From an uncultured Selenomonas sp. (GTDB taxonomy: Bacteria > Bacillota > Negativicutes > Selenomonadales > Selenomonadaceae), in contig CAUVFG010000001.1 of the NCBI GenBank assembly GCA_963551125.1, positions 1 to 45,554 of the forward strand: a DNA stretch of 45,554 nucleotides. Direction: 5' to 3'. A model generated the notes under the pieces. That model was not told the origin of the DNA. It did no database searches and worked only from the letters and a program-made list of their open reading frames with translations. Positions 31,583 through 40,645 of the stretch are shown in pieces. Made by a program: the position numbers and the translations under genes. The first letter of the stretch is position 1, and each line of letters opens with the position of its first letter.

Positions 31583-32320
31583 ATGCAAGGAAAACTATCA
31601 CCGGTCGTTGTAAACAGCTATCAGCCGCTTCGCGAGATTGTCTGCGAGGTATTGCGCGATGCCATTCGCGGCGGCATCCTGAAGCCAGGCGAATGGCTGA
31701 AGGAAAATGACCTCGCGGATGAGCTCCTCGTCAGCCGCACACCCGTGCGCGAGGCAATCCGCAAGCTCGAACAGGAGGGCTATGTCGTTACCGTGCCGCG
31801 GCGCGGAGCCTATGTGGCAAGTGTATCCATCCGCGACATCAACGAGATCTTTGAGATCCGCGCAGCACTCGAGGCACTTGCCTGCGAGCTCGCAGCGGAG
31901 CGGATCACGGATGAGGAGCAGGAGCGCCTCGAACGTCTCCTCGTCACCATCGGGCGCGCCATCGAGGAGCACGATATGGAGCGCATTGTGCGGACGGATA
32001 TTGAGTTCCACGAGCTCCTCTATCAGGCGGCGCGCAACGAGCGTCTGCTGGGGATCATCGGCAATCTGCGCGAACAGCTCACGCGCTTCCGCACGATCTC
32101 GATGTCCTATCCGGGACGTCTCAAGGCGACGCTCGAAGAGCACCGCGCAATCGTGGATGCGATTGGTTCGAGCGATGCGCGCTATGCGCGCAAGGTGGGC
32201 GCAAAGCACATGGAGAACTCGGAACAGACGCTGCTCTATGCCATCGAAGAGCAGGAGAAAAAGACAGGAACGACCATCATCAAGCGAAAGCACAAAAAGA
32301 GCGAGGAAGATGCCAAGTAG
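31583..32320 (+). CDS. GntR family (FCD domain) transcriptional regulator
   Basis: LKPGE.L.E..LA..L.VSRTPVREAIRKLE.EG winged HTH, D.EFH, EH.AI. Start reassigned to ATG 31583 after GGAGGG. Confidence 0.9.
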   Translation: MQGKLSPVVVNSYQPLREIVCEVLRDAIRGGILKPGEWLKENDLADELLVSRTPVREAIRKLEQEGYVVTVPRRGAYVASVSIRDINEIFEIRAALEALACELAAERITDEEQERLERLLVTIGRAIEEHDMERIVRTDIEFHELLYQAARNERLLGIIGNLREQLTRFRTISMSYPGRLKATLEEHRAIVDAIGSSDARYARKVGAKHMENSEQTLLYAIEEQEKKTGTTIIKRKHKKSEEDAK

Positions 32321-32347
32321 GCACTTCCGGAGAACGGGAGGAGCATA

Positions 32348-33712
32348 ATGTTGGATTTTGTTACGGTCATCTTGGCAGCAGGTAAGGGCACGCGGATGAA
32401 GTCGAAGCTGCCGAAAGTCCTACACCGTGCGGCGGGGAAATCCATGCTGCAGCACGTCATTGACGCAGCGGATGCAGCGGGGGCGCGGCGCAATATCGTC
32501 GTCACGGGGTTTGGCGGCGATGTCGTGCGCGAAGCGATCGGGGACAGCGTGGAGTATGTGGAGCAGCGTGAGCAGCTCGGGACGGGACATGCCGTCCTGC
32601 AGACGAAGGACCTGCTCGCAAATGAACACGGGACGATCATGGTGCTCTGTGGGGATACGCCGCTTCTGACGGCGGAGCTCCTCGCGCGCTTCCATGAAGA
32701 GCATGTGCACGCAGGGGCAAAGGCAACCGTGCTCACGGCGATCATGCCGAATGCGAAGGGCTATGGGCGCATCGTCCGCCGTGAAAATGGCGAGGTGCTG
32801 AAGATTGTCGAGCACAAGGATGCAACGCCGGAGGAGCGCGAGATTCACGAGGTCAATGCGGGGATTTACTGTTTTGACGCACAGGCGCTTTTTGCAGCAC
32901 TTTCAAAGGTGACGAATGACAACGCACAGGGCGAGTACTATCTCCCCGATGTGCTCAGCATCCTGCGCGATGCGGGCGAGAAGATCTGGGCGGTCGTTGC
33001 GGACAACTACGAGAGCACGCTTGGCATCAACTCGCGCAGCCAGCTTGCCGTCGCGGAGCGCATCCTGCGCCGTCGCAAGGTTGAGGAACTGATGGCGGAC
33101 GGCGTGACGATCATTGACCCGCATACGACCTTCATCGACGCCGAGGTGCGTGTCGGTATGGACACGGTCATTTATCCGTTCACCTTCCTCGAGGGACTCA
33201 CGGTCATCGGCGAGAACTGCGTGATTGGCCCAAATGTGCGCTTTCAGAATATGGTCGTTGGGGACAATGTCAAGGCGCACTACGTCTACGCACACGATGC
33301 CGAGGTCGAGAGCGGGACGGATCTCGGACAGTTCAATCACATCCGCCCCGACAGCCACATCAGCAAGGGGGTGAAGATCGGCAATTTCGTCGAGGTCAAG
33401 AACTCGAGCATTGGCGAGGGCTCGAAGCTGCCCCATCTCTCCTACATCGGTGACTGCGATATGGGCGCGCACGTCAACATGGGGTGCGGTACGATCACGG
33501 TCAACTACGACGGAAAGCAGAAGTTCCGCACACATATCGCGGACAATGCCTTTGTCGGCTGTAACTCGAACCTTGTCGCGCCCGTCACGGTCGGTGAGGG
33601 CTCCTATGTCGCCGCCGGCTCGACCATCACGCGCGACATTCCGGCGGGTATGCTCTCTGTAGCGCGTGCGCGGCAGAAGGAGATCGAGGGCTGGGCCGAC
33701 AAACGAAAATGA
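32348..33712 (+). CDS. glmU: Bifunctional UDP-GlcNAc pyrophosphorylase / glucosamine-1-P acetyltransferase
   Basis: LAAGKGTRMKS.LPKVLH, QLGTGHAV, GYGRI, NAQGEYYL, GNFVEVK, HLSYIGD, hexapeptide repeats. Confidence 0.96.
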   Translation: MLDFVTVILAAGKGTRMKSKLPKVLHRAAGKSMLQHVIDAADAAGARRNIVVTGFGGDVVREAIGDSVEYVEQREQLGTGHAVLQTKDLLANEHGTIMVLCGDTPLLTAELLARFHEEHVHAGAKATVLTAIMPNAKGYGRIVRRENGEVLKIVEHKDATPEEREIHEVNAGIYCFDAQALFAALSKVTNDNAQGEYYLPDVLSILRDAGEKIWAVVADNYESTLGINSRSQLAVAERILRRRKVEELMADGVTIIDPHTTFIDAEVRVGMDTVIYPFTFLEGLTVIGENCVIGPNVRFQNMVVGDNVKAHYVYAHDAEVESGTDLGQFNHIRPDSHISKGVKIGNFVEVKNSSIGEGSKLPHLSYIGDCDMGAHVNMGCGTITVNYDGKQKFRTHIADNAFVGCNSNLVAPVTVGEGSYVAAGSTITRDIPAGMLSVARARQKEIEGWADKRK

Positions 33713-33771
33713 GACTCGTGCATGATCTTCGTGCAGGGCTCTGAACACGGCGAAAAAGACGGGGGACGCTC

Positions 33772-33800
33772 TTCCAAAAATAAACTGAGCGTGTTATACT
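33772..33800 (+). promoter_or_regulatory. Putative prs promoter
   Basis: TTCCAA, 17-nt spacer, TG-T-TATACT. Confidence 0.55.
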
Positions 33801-33862
33801 GTAAATAGCTTTTGTGTATTCTATTTATAGTAACGCATCTGGTTTTTAGGAGGAACATAGAG

Positions 33863-34816
33863 ATGAGTTTTCCGACCGACAACGTATGCATCCTGACGGG
33901 GAATGCCAATCCACAGTTGGCAAAGGATATTGCGGAACGTATCGGCATACCGCTCTGCGAGGCTTTTGTCGGGCAGTTCAACAATGGCGAAGTTCAGGTG
34001 ATGATCGAGGAGAGCATTCGCGGCAAGGACATCTTCATCATCCAGTCGACGAGCTTTCCCGTCAACGACAACCTCATGGAGCTGCTGATCCTCACGGATG
34101 CGTGCAAACGTGCGTCTGCGCACAGCATTACGGCGGTTGTTCCCTACTATGCCTATGCGCGTCAGGATCGTAAGACGCGTGGTCGTGAGCCCATTTCGGC
34201 AAAGCTCGTTGCCAATCTCATGACGACTGCGGGCGTTACCCGTGTTGTTACGGTTGACCTCCATGCGGGGCAGATTCAGGGGTTCTTCGATATCCCCGTG
34301 GATCACCTCGCTGCCGCACCCGTACTCGCCGGCTACTTCCGCGAGCAGGCGATTGAGGATCTCGTCGTGGTCTCGCCCGATCTCGGCGGTGTTACGCGCG
34401 CGCGTATCATGGCGGACTTCCTGCACGCGCCGATTGCGATTATTGAGAAGCGTCGTCCGTGCCCCGGCTGCGCAGAGGTCATGAACCTCATCGGGGAGGT
34501 CGAGGGAAAGACAGCGCTGCTCATCGACGACATCGTCGACACGGCAGGTTCTCTCTGTGAGGGGGCGAAGGCTCTCAAGGAGCGGGGCGCAAAGCGTGTG
34601 CTCGCTGCGTGCTCGCATGCGATCCTCAGCGATCCCGCCGTTGAACGACTCAATGCATCGGTCATCGATCAGCTCGTCATTACCGACTCCATTCCGGTTC
34701 CGCCGGAGAAGCAGTCCGATAAACTCGTCGTACTGTCTCTCGCACAGTCCCTTGCGGATGTCATTGTGCGCATCCAAAGCCATCGTTCGGTGAGCTTGCT
34801 CTTTAACCATCACTAA
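33863..34816 (+). CDS. prs: Ribose-phosphate pyrophosphokinase
   Basis: PYYAYARQDRK, DLHAGQIQGFF, VSPDLGGV.RA, IDDIVDTAGS. ATG 33863 after AGGAGG. Confidence 0.96.
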   Translation: MSFPTDNVCILTGNANPQLAKDIAERIGIPLCEAFVGQFNNGEVQVMIEESIRGKDIFIIQSTSFPVNDNLMELLILTDACKRASAHSITAVVPYYAYARQDRKTRGREPISAKLVANLMTTAGVTRVVTVDLHAGQIQGFFDIPVDHLAAAPVLAGYFREQAIEDLVVVSPDLGGVTRARIMADFLHAPIAIIEKRRPCPGCAEVMNLIGEVEGKTALLIDDIVDTAGSLCEGAKALKERGAKRVLAACSHAILSDPAVERLNASVIDQLVITDSIPVPPEKQSDKLVVLSLAQSLADVIVRIQSHRSVSLLFNHH

Positions 34817-34849
34817 GCAAGTTCCCCGCAGATAGAGAAAGAGACGTCG

Positions 34850-35010
34850 AGGGAATCGCTGATAAAATAGACCTGCAGATTGGCGTAGATTTTTCGTCCG
34901 ATTGAGGCAGCAAACCCAACGCTATCAAAGCTATGTGGAGGATTTGCGGGCGGAAAGCGGGCAAAAAAGATGCGCTAAGATGGCGCGGCTGAATTTATCA
35001 GTGCTTCCCT
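34850..35010. mobile_element. MITE-like non-coding palindromic element (~161 bp)
   Basis: Terminal inverted repeats AGGGAATCGCTGATAAA (34850-34866) and TTTATCAGTGCTTCCCT (34994-35010), 15/17 complementary. Internal nested stems. Flanked by the two arms of a terminator-like hairpin. Confidence 0.65.
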
Positions 35011-35041
35011 AAGGGGCGTCTCTTTTTCATAGGAGTAAGAC

Positions 35042-35905
35042 ATGCACGTTATCATCATCGGCTCGGGTCCTGCGGGCGTCTCCGCTGCGCTCTATGCGCG
35101 GCGCGGCGGTGCGGATGTGACCGTTATCACGAAAGGGGCGGGCGGGCTCGCTGCTGCGGAGTGGGTCGAGAACTACTACGGCTTTGCTGAGCCGATCTCC
35201 GGCGCAGAGCTTGAGCAGCGTGGAATTACGGGAGCAAAGCGCCTCGGTGTCCGCTTTGAGACGGATGAGGTACTCGCGATCCTGCCCGCGGTCGTGGGGA
35301 AGGGATTTTGTCTTGAGGCGGTTCGCACTGCGTACGAGGCGGATGCCGTTATCCTTGCGGCAGGTGCACCGCGAAAGACACTCCCCATCAAGGGACTCAG
35401 AGAGTTCGAGGGGCGCGGCGTTAGCTATTGCGCGATCTGCGACGCCTTCTTTTATCGCGGCAAACGCGTGGCTGTAATCGGGGCGGGTGACTATGCGCTC
35501 CACGAGGCAGAGATTCTGCGCCCCCATCCTGCGCAGCTCTCCCTCTTGACCAACGGGGAGGAACCTGCCCTTGCAATGCCGGATGGTATAGCCGTGCATA
35601 CGCAGAGGATTGTGTGCATCGAGGGGGAACGCCGCGTGCAGCGCATCGTATTTGATGACGAGTCGGTCATGGATGTGGACGGAATCTTCATGGCAATCGG
35701 CACAGCGGGGAGCATGGAGCTGGCGCGCAAACTCGGTGTTGTGCTCAGCGACGGGAAAATTGCTGTGGGAAAAAACATGGAGACCAATGTGCCCGGTGTC
35801 TATGCGGCGGGGGACTGTACGGGCGGACTCCTGCAGATTGCAAAGGCGGTCTATGATGGTGCCGAGGCGGGACTTTCCGTCATACGCTATCTGCGCAAGG
35901 GATAG
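35042..35905 (+). CDS. Thioredoxin-reductase-like NAD(P)/FAD oxidoreductase
   Basis: IIGSGPAG.SAA.Y, ENYYGF, GRGVSYCAICDAFFY (CxxC), VAVIGAG, TNVPGVYAAGD. Confidence 0.88.
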   Translation: MHVIIIGSGPAGVSAALYARRGGADVTVITKGAGGLAAAEWVENYYGFAEPISGAELEQRGITGAKRLGVRFETDEVLAILPAVVGKGFCLEAVRTAYEADAVILAAGAPRKTLPIKGLREFEGRGVSYCAICDAFFYRGKRVAVIGAGDYALHEAEILRPHPAQLSLLTNGEEPALAMPDGIAVHTQRIVCIEGERRVQRIVFDDESVMDVDGIFMAIGTAGSMELARKLGVVLSDGKIAVGKNMETNVPGVYAAGDCTGGLLQIAKAVYDGAEAGLSVIRYLRKG

Positions 35906-35941
35906 AAATGGTGTAGGGGGAGAGTAAAGGGAGGGACGGAT

Positions 35942-36634
35942 ATGCCGGCACATCTTTCGGAAAGCTGTCATTTTCGAGATTATATTCGTCAATTTGATCT
36001 GTGGAATGGGCTTACTGCTGCGCAGCGGGACAAGCTGATCTCGGAGACACGGTTCGCTCGCTATAAAAAAGGTGCGTCCGTTTATCGCGGTGCGCTTGGC
36101 GGCGCAGGAACGCTGCACGTCATATCCGGTACGCTGCGCGTCTATATCCTCTCTGAGGAGGGGCGCGAGCTCACACTCTACTTCCTGCGCGATGGCGACG
36201 TTGCCCTCCTTGCGAGTACGGCCGTTCTCGCCTCCATCTCCTGCGATATTGCAATCGAAGCGACAAAGAATACGGAGCTTTTTGTCTCGGAGACAGAAAG
36301 CGTACGGGATATTCTCAGCAATAATGTCGAAGTGCGTGCATGCGCCTATGAATATGCAGTTGTACGCCTGTCCGAAATGCTGTGGAAATTTCAGCAGATG
36401 GTGTTCACCTCGGCGGAGCGGCGGCTTGCGAAATTCCTGCTGACGGAGTCGGCGCGTACGGCGGGCGATGAAATCCGTCTGACACACGAGGAGACGGCGC
36501 AGTACCTCGGTACGGCACGTGAGGTCGTCAGCCGTCTTATGCGCGATTTCAGTCAGGAGGGACTGGTACAGACCTCCAGAGGGTGTATCCATATCTTGAA
36601 CCGTGTGGCACTTCAGGAGCGCGCAGGCACCTGA
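35942..36634 (+). CDS. Crp/Fnr family transcriptional regulator
   Basis: Cyclic-nucleotide-type beta-roll (SG.LRVYILSEEGRELTLY.L..GD), E.RLA.FL, and the HTH LTHEE.A.YLGTAREVVSRL. Confidence 0.9.
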   Translation: MPAHLSESCHFRDYIRQFDLWNGLTAAQRDKLISETRFARYKKGASVYRGALGGAGTLHVISGTLRVYILSEEGRELTLYFLRDGDVALLASTAVLASISCDIAIEATKNTELFVSETESVRDILSNNVEVRACAYEYAVVRLSEMLWKFQQMVFTSAERRLAKFLLTESARTAGDEIRLTHEETAQYLGTAREVVSRLMRDFSQEGLVQTSRGCIHILNRVALQERAGT

Positions 36635-36657
36635 TATGTTTTTCATTGGAGGAGTTC

Positions 36658-37362
36658 ATGCTGATCTATGTCTTGGCAGTCCTTGTTGCTTTGCTGCTCA
36701 TCATACTGTTTCGTTATCTGCCGCGGCGGGTCTTTCTGATCTTTGTTACCTTGCTCATTGTGCTTGGCGGCATTGTCTTTCGCATGCAGACGGCAGAGCG
36801 TACACCGGAGCCTCTGACGATCAACGAACGCGCTGCCATTGTGCGGGAGCTGGAGCTCTTTACGCCGTGGTGGGGAATGTATCAGAAGCAGATCGCCGAG
36901 CTTGACCGCAACTGGACACGCTATCATCAGATCCTCGCGGATGCAAAGACCGGGGAGACAGAGCTCGCGATCACGTATGCCCGTCTCGTGGATCTCGAAC
37001 GCAACACCCAGGAACTACGCGCGCGCATGGAACAGAATATTCCGCCGACGGAGCTCTCGAATCACGTCTACGATCCGATTGCCGTGATTGTAAGCAAAAC
37101 GAATGACTATGCGGCAGCCGAGCAGAAGGCGATCACGCTCACGCGTGCAGCCGCCGATCCTCAGACCATGAAGGAAAAGAAACCTGCCGAGCAGGCGCGC
37201 CTTCTGGAGCTCGTCATGCTGCGTGAATCTCCCGTGGCACTTTTTATCAGCGATGAAGTCGGGCTCATCCGCCGCTACTTTGCTCCTGTTTCCCCCTCGC
37301 ATGAGGAGGCGGGAGAGCGTAGCGGAGGGCAGGAGGTCGATGAAAAACTGCTCGACAAATAA
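36658..37362 (+). CDS. Hypothetical membrane-anchored protein (two N-terminal TM helices plus soluble helical domain)
   Basis: Two hydrophobic stretches separated by RYLPRR. GGAGGAG RBS before ATG 36658. Confidence 0.75.
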   Translation: MLIYVLAVLVALLLIILFRYLPRRVFLIFVTLLIVLGGIVFRMQTAERTPEPLTINERAAIVRELELFTPWWGMYQKQIAELDRNWTRYHQILADAKTGETELAITYARLVDLERNTQELRARMEQNIPPTELSNHVYDPIAVIVSKTNDYAAAEQKAITLTRAAADPQTMKEKKPAEQARLLELVMLRESPVALFISDEVGLIRRYFAPVSPSHEEAGERSGGQEVDEKLLDK

Positions 37363-37380
37363 ATTGTTTTCAGTTATAAT
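37352..37380 (+). promoter_or_regulatory. tRNA promoter
   Basis: TCGACA, 17-nt spacer, TATAAT, 14 nt upstream of the tRNA. Confidence 0.6.
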
Positions 37381-37394
37381 GTAAATTGTGTCTT

Positions 37395-37469
37395 GCGCTC
37401 GTAGTCCAGTGGATAGGACGTTAGCCTCCGGAGCTGAAAGCGTGGGTTCGACTCCCGCCGAGCGCACCA
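37395..37469 (+). tRNA. tRNA-Arg(CCG)
   Basis: Acceptor stem GCGCTCG/CGAGCGC, D arm GTCC..GGAC, anticodon arm TTAGC-CTCCGGA-GCTGA, T loop GGTTCGACTCC, encoded ACCA end. Confidence 0.96.
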
Positions 37470-37481
37470 TATGCAAATCTG

Positions 37482-37511
37482 TCCTGTGGATTTTCCGCAG
37501 GATTTTTTATT
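37482..37511 (+). terminator. Terminator after the tRNA
   Basis: TCCTGTGGA-TTT-TCCGCAGGA followed by TTTTTTATT. Confidence 0.75.
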
Positions 37512-37594
37512 AGGAAAAACTGATAAAGGATTTTGATGGACTGTGAAGAATATTTACAGAAGGGTAATTTGGTTTTTCGTTAGGAGATGAATGA

Positions 37595-40264
37595 ATGGCG
37601 CGAAAAGAGGTGCAGGCAACGCTACGCCCGGTGCTCATGCGCAGCCTACATTTGAAAAAAGATGCGTTCCGGCAGTTTTTCTATGAGAGCTCGCTCCGTT
37701 TCGGGCAGCAGATCGGTAGGGATATTGCGGAGCTGAAAGACGAGACTGCATCCATCGTCAACAAGAAGTATATGTTCTCGCTCGCAACGGAGAAAAGCGG
37801 TGCACAGAGCTTCCTCAAGTGGATCTCCGATGAATTCAATGCGGAGGATGTCTCGCATGAGCAGGAGGAGCGTCTGCGACGGCTCGTTGCGGAGTATCCG
37901 AAGATCCGCTCCTACATCCGCATCGAGGAGGATCAGCTCCTCTTCGATCATGACCGCTTTGCTGAGGATGTGGTTGCGGGGCGTTTCAAGGAAACGATCT
38001 TTGGGATGACCTTTGACATCCAAAGCGTGATTGAGACGGCAATCAACACCGGCTCCGTAGCGCTTGATTTCTCCATCGAGCCGTTTAAGAAACAACTTCT
38101 CTATATCGATCATGTGCGTGCGAATATCCAGCCCTATGCGGATCGCCTGCTGACGGATATGAGCCTCGGACACTGGGATCTCTATGAGGAGCTGACGGAG
38201 GAGGGACGCGAGGACTGTGTCTGCCTGCGGCTGCCGCCGACGGATTTCCTCGTGGCGCGTCCGCCGCAGATGGATGTCATCATGAACGGCACCTGTGCGA
38301 TCGACTTCGGCACGCGCAGTACGGTCGTTGTCTGTCGTGACCGCGAGGCGCGCCTTCTGCGCATCGGCAAGGGTGACTATGGGAATGAGCCAACAATTCA
38401 GGACTACGAAAACCCGACGGCAATCGAGCTGATCGACATTGAGAAGTTCAAGCAGCTCTATCGCGCGCGTGAGGGCCGCCCCTATACGGAGTGGGCGCAG
38501 GTGACGGCATCCCATCAGGCGGCGGATGCAATCTTTGAGCGGCAGTCCACGGAGGGCATCGCGGTCTACTACTCTGTGTTCAGCGAGCTCAAGCGCTGGA
38601 CGCGCGACACGGCGAACTCCCCGATCCTCAAGGACAGGCGCGGCTACATCCAGGAGGTCAAGCCGTATGCGGAGACGCAGCCGCTGGATGCGGGCGGGTT
38701 TGACCCGATCGAGATCTACGCCTACTATCTCGGACTCTACATCAACAATATGCACCGCAACATCTACCTCGACTATATCCTCTCCTTCCCCGTAGGTTAT
38801 GAGAAGAGCGTACGCGAGCATATCCGCATGAGCTTTGAGCGCGGTCTTAGGAAAACCCTGCCGAAGGCACTGCTCGATGATCCCGAGATGATGCGCCGCT
38901 TCCGCGTGTACGACGGCGCGAATGAGCCGGCCGCATATGCAATCAGCGCACTTGAGGCGTACGGACTTGAACCGAAGCGCGTGGGTGAGGAAGTCGCCTA
39001 TGGTGTCTTTGACTTTGGCGGCGGCACGACGGATTTTGACTTTGGTGTGGAATACGTGCCCGAGAACGGGCGGCGCAAGTTCGTCATCGAACAGTTCGGC
39101 TTCGGCAGCGATATGTACCTCGGCGGTGAGAACATCCTCGAGCTGCTCGCCTACGAGGTGTTCAAGGATAATCTCGCGGAGATGCGCCGGCACAAGATCA
39201 CCTTTGCGCTGCCACCCGAGAGCGAGACCTTTGCGGGTGCGGAGGCGCTCGTGCGCGAGACGCGTGACGCGGCCTCGCATCTCAACAACAAGATTCTCGC
39301 CGAGCGTCTGCGCCCCTTTTGGGAGCGGCGTGAGGGATATGAGGAGTTTGCGGTGGGGGACAGCTTTGATACGAAGATCACGCTGTTCTCGTCGGAAAAG
39401 ACGGGGAATGCGGGCAATCGCGCGGAGATCAGCCTGCATATCGACGTGAGGAAGCTCGAGCGCACGCTCGAGGATCGCATTCGACGTGGCGTCGAGAACT
39501 TCTTCCAGGCGATGGCGGCGGCGTTCAAGGGACGCGACGTGCGTCAGATTCACATCTTCCTTGCGGGCAACTCGTGCAAGGCGCCGATGGTACGCAAGCT
39601 CTTCGATGAGTACATTGCGCGTCAGATCAAGGCGCTGCATCAGATGGCACCCGAACATCTCGCCGGCAAGGCGGATGCAGCGGGCAAGAAGCCGGAGGCA
39701 AATGCCAAGGCGCTGCCGGCACAGAGCAAGGATGCGCCCTTCCGCCTTTATCTCCCGCTTGGCTTGGAGGACGAGGGGAAGGAGAAAAAAATTCTTCATG
39801 ACGGCTTTGATCGTCTGCGCACGGGAAAGACGGGTGTTGCGTTCGGACTCCTGCGCTGCCGCAAAGGCGGGAAGGATGTCAAGATCATCAATAAGAACGT
39901 GGATGAGCACGATGAGCTGCTTTTCCCGTACTTCCTCGGCAGCCTGAACGAGCGCGGCTGCTTCAAGGTGGACATTGATGCGCGCGTTGACTATGGTGTG
40001 TGGACGTATTTCACCTATGCAGATGAGGATGAATTCGAGCTCTACTACACGCAGGAACCGCGTGCCCTCAAGGGTTATATGAAGGCGGCGGAGGTGCGCA
40101 TGGTGCGCTGCATGATCGACGCGGATGACGTGAGCGATGATGATACCGTCGGTATCTACATTCGCAAGAAATCCCCGAATACGATCGAGTACACCGTTGC
40201 CTCGGAGAAGAGCCTCGCAGCAAAAACTTACAAGGGAACAATCTATACCGTCCGTCTGGGCTGA
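37595..40264 (+). CDS. Divergent Hsp70/actin-fold (ASKHA) ATPase of unknown function
   Basis: Phosphate-1 IDFGTRSTVV, connect-1 NEPAAYA, phosphate-2 FDFGGGTTD, LGGENIL, adenosine LAGNSCKAP, connect-2 GVAFG. About 230-aa N-terminal extension. No recognisable DnaK linker or substrate-binding domain. Confidence 0.75.
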   Translation: MARKEVQATLRPVLMRSLHLKKDAFRQFFYESSLRFGQQIGRDIAELKDETASIVNKKYMFSLATEKSGAQSFLKWISDEFNAEDVSHEQEERLRRLVAEYPKIRSYIRIEEDQLLFDHDRFAEDVVAGRFKETIFGMTFDIQSVIETAINTGSVALDFSIEPFKKQLLYIDHVRANIQPYADRLLTDMSLGHWDLYEELTEEGREDCVCLRLPPTDFLVARPPQMDVIMNGTCAIDFGTRSTVVVCRDREARLLRIGKGDYGNEPTIQDYENPTAIELIDIEKFKQLYRAREGRPYTEWAQVTASHQAADAIFERQSTEGIAVYYSVFSELKRWTRDTANSPILKDRRGYIQEVKPYAETQPLDAGGFDPIEIYAYYLGLYINNMHRNIYLDYILSFPVGYEKSVREHIRMSFERGLRKTLPKALLDDPEMMRRFRVYDGANEPAAYAISALEAYGLEPKRVGEEVAYGVFDFGGGTTDFDFGVEYVPENGRRKFVIEQFGFGSDMYLGGENILELLAYEVFKDNLAEMRRHKITFALPPESETFAGAEALVRETRDAASHLNNKILAERLRPFWERREGYEEFAVGDSFDTKITLFSSEKTGNAGNRAEISLHIDVRKLERTLEDRIRRGVENFFQAMAAAFKGRDVRQIHIFLAGNSCKAPMVRKLFDEYIARQIKALHQMAPEHLAGKADAAGKKPEANAKALPAQSKDAPFRLYLPLGLEDEGKEKKILHDGFDRLRTGKTGVAFGLLRCRKGGKDVKIINKNVDEHDELLFPYFLGSLNERGCFKVDIDARVDYGVWTYFTYADEDEFELYYTQEPRALKGYMKAAEVRMVRCMIDADDVSDDDTVGIYIRKKSPNTIEYTVASEKSLAAKTYKGTIYTVRLG

Positions 40265-40288
40265 TTCACAGCTCTGGAAAGGAGCGCC

Positions 40289-40585
40289 GTGATGCAACAC
40301 TTGCCATTTAAAAACTACATGGAGGATGCTGTCGCAAATATGCTGAACCGGCTTGCGCCGCAGTATCCGGATATATGTATGTGTGAGCGCTGCCGTACGG
40401 ACATGATGATGATTGCGCTGAACAATCTTCCACCGCGTTACGTTTCTACGCACAAGGGCGATGTCCTCAAACGCGCCGAGGGGATGGAGATTCAGTATGA
40501 GGTGGAGGTACTGACCGAGACCGTACGCGCGATGCAGATTGTCGGCGGTCAGCCGCATCACGGACGAAACGAAGAAGGTATCTGA
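40289..40585 (+). CDS. ComFB family protein
   Basis: KNYMEDAV, CMCERCRTD...ALNNLPPRYV, A...V...P.H. Start GTG 40289 or ATG 40292 after AAGGAG. Confidence 0.85.
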   Translation: MMQHLPFKNYMEDAVANMLNRLAPQYPDICMCERCRTDMMMIALNNLPPRYVSTHKGDVLKRAEGMEIQYEVEVLTETVRAMQIVGGQPHHGRNEEGI

Positions 40586-40590
40586 CCTTT

Positions 40591-40639
40591 GCAAAAGAAA
40601 CACCCGCAGATAAAATTTGTCAAGCGGGTGTTTTTTTGC
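40591..40639 (+). terminator. Intrinsic terminator after ComFB
   Basis: GCAAAAGAAACACCCGC...GCGGGTGTTTTTTTGC inverted repeat. Confidence 0.8.
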
Positions 40640-40645
40640 TACAAT
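40617..40645 (+). promoter_or_regulatory. cysE operon promoter overlapping the upstream terminator
   Basis: TTGTCA, 17-nt spacer, TG-C-TACAAT. Confidence 0.6.

Noticed and set aside
37646..40603. 985-aa minus-strand ORF, and similar long antisense ORFs (35027-36646, 41245-43395, 43604-44926, 33821-34813)
   Set aside because: Shadow frames of well-supported plus-strand genes in GC-rich DNA; no recognisable motifs or RBS.
37470..40640. Genomic island or prophage integrated at tRNA-Arg
   Set aside because: No integrase, no direct repeat of the tRNA 3' end, and host-like composition.
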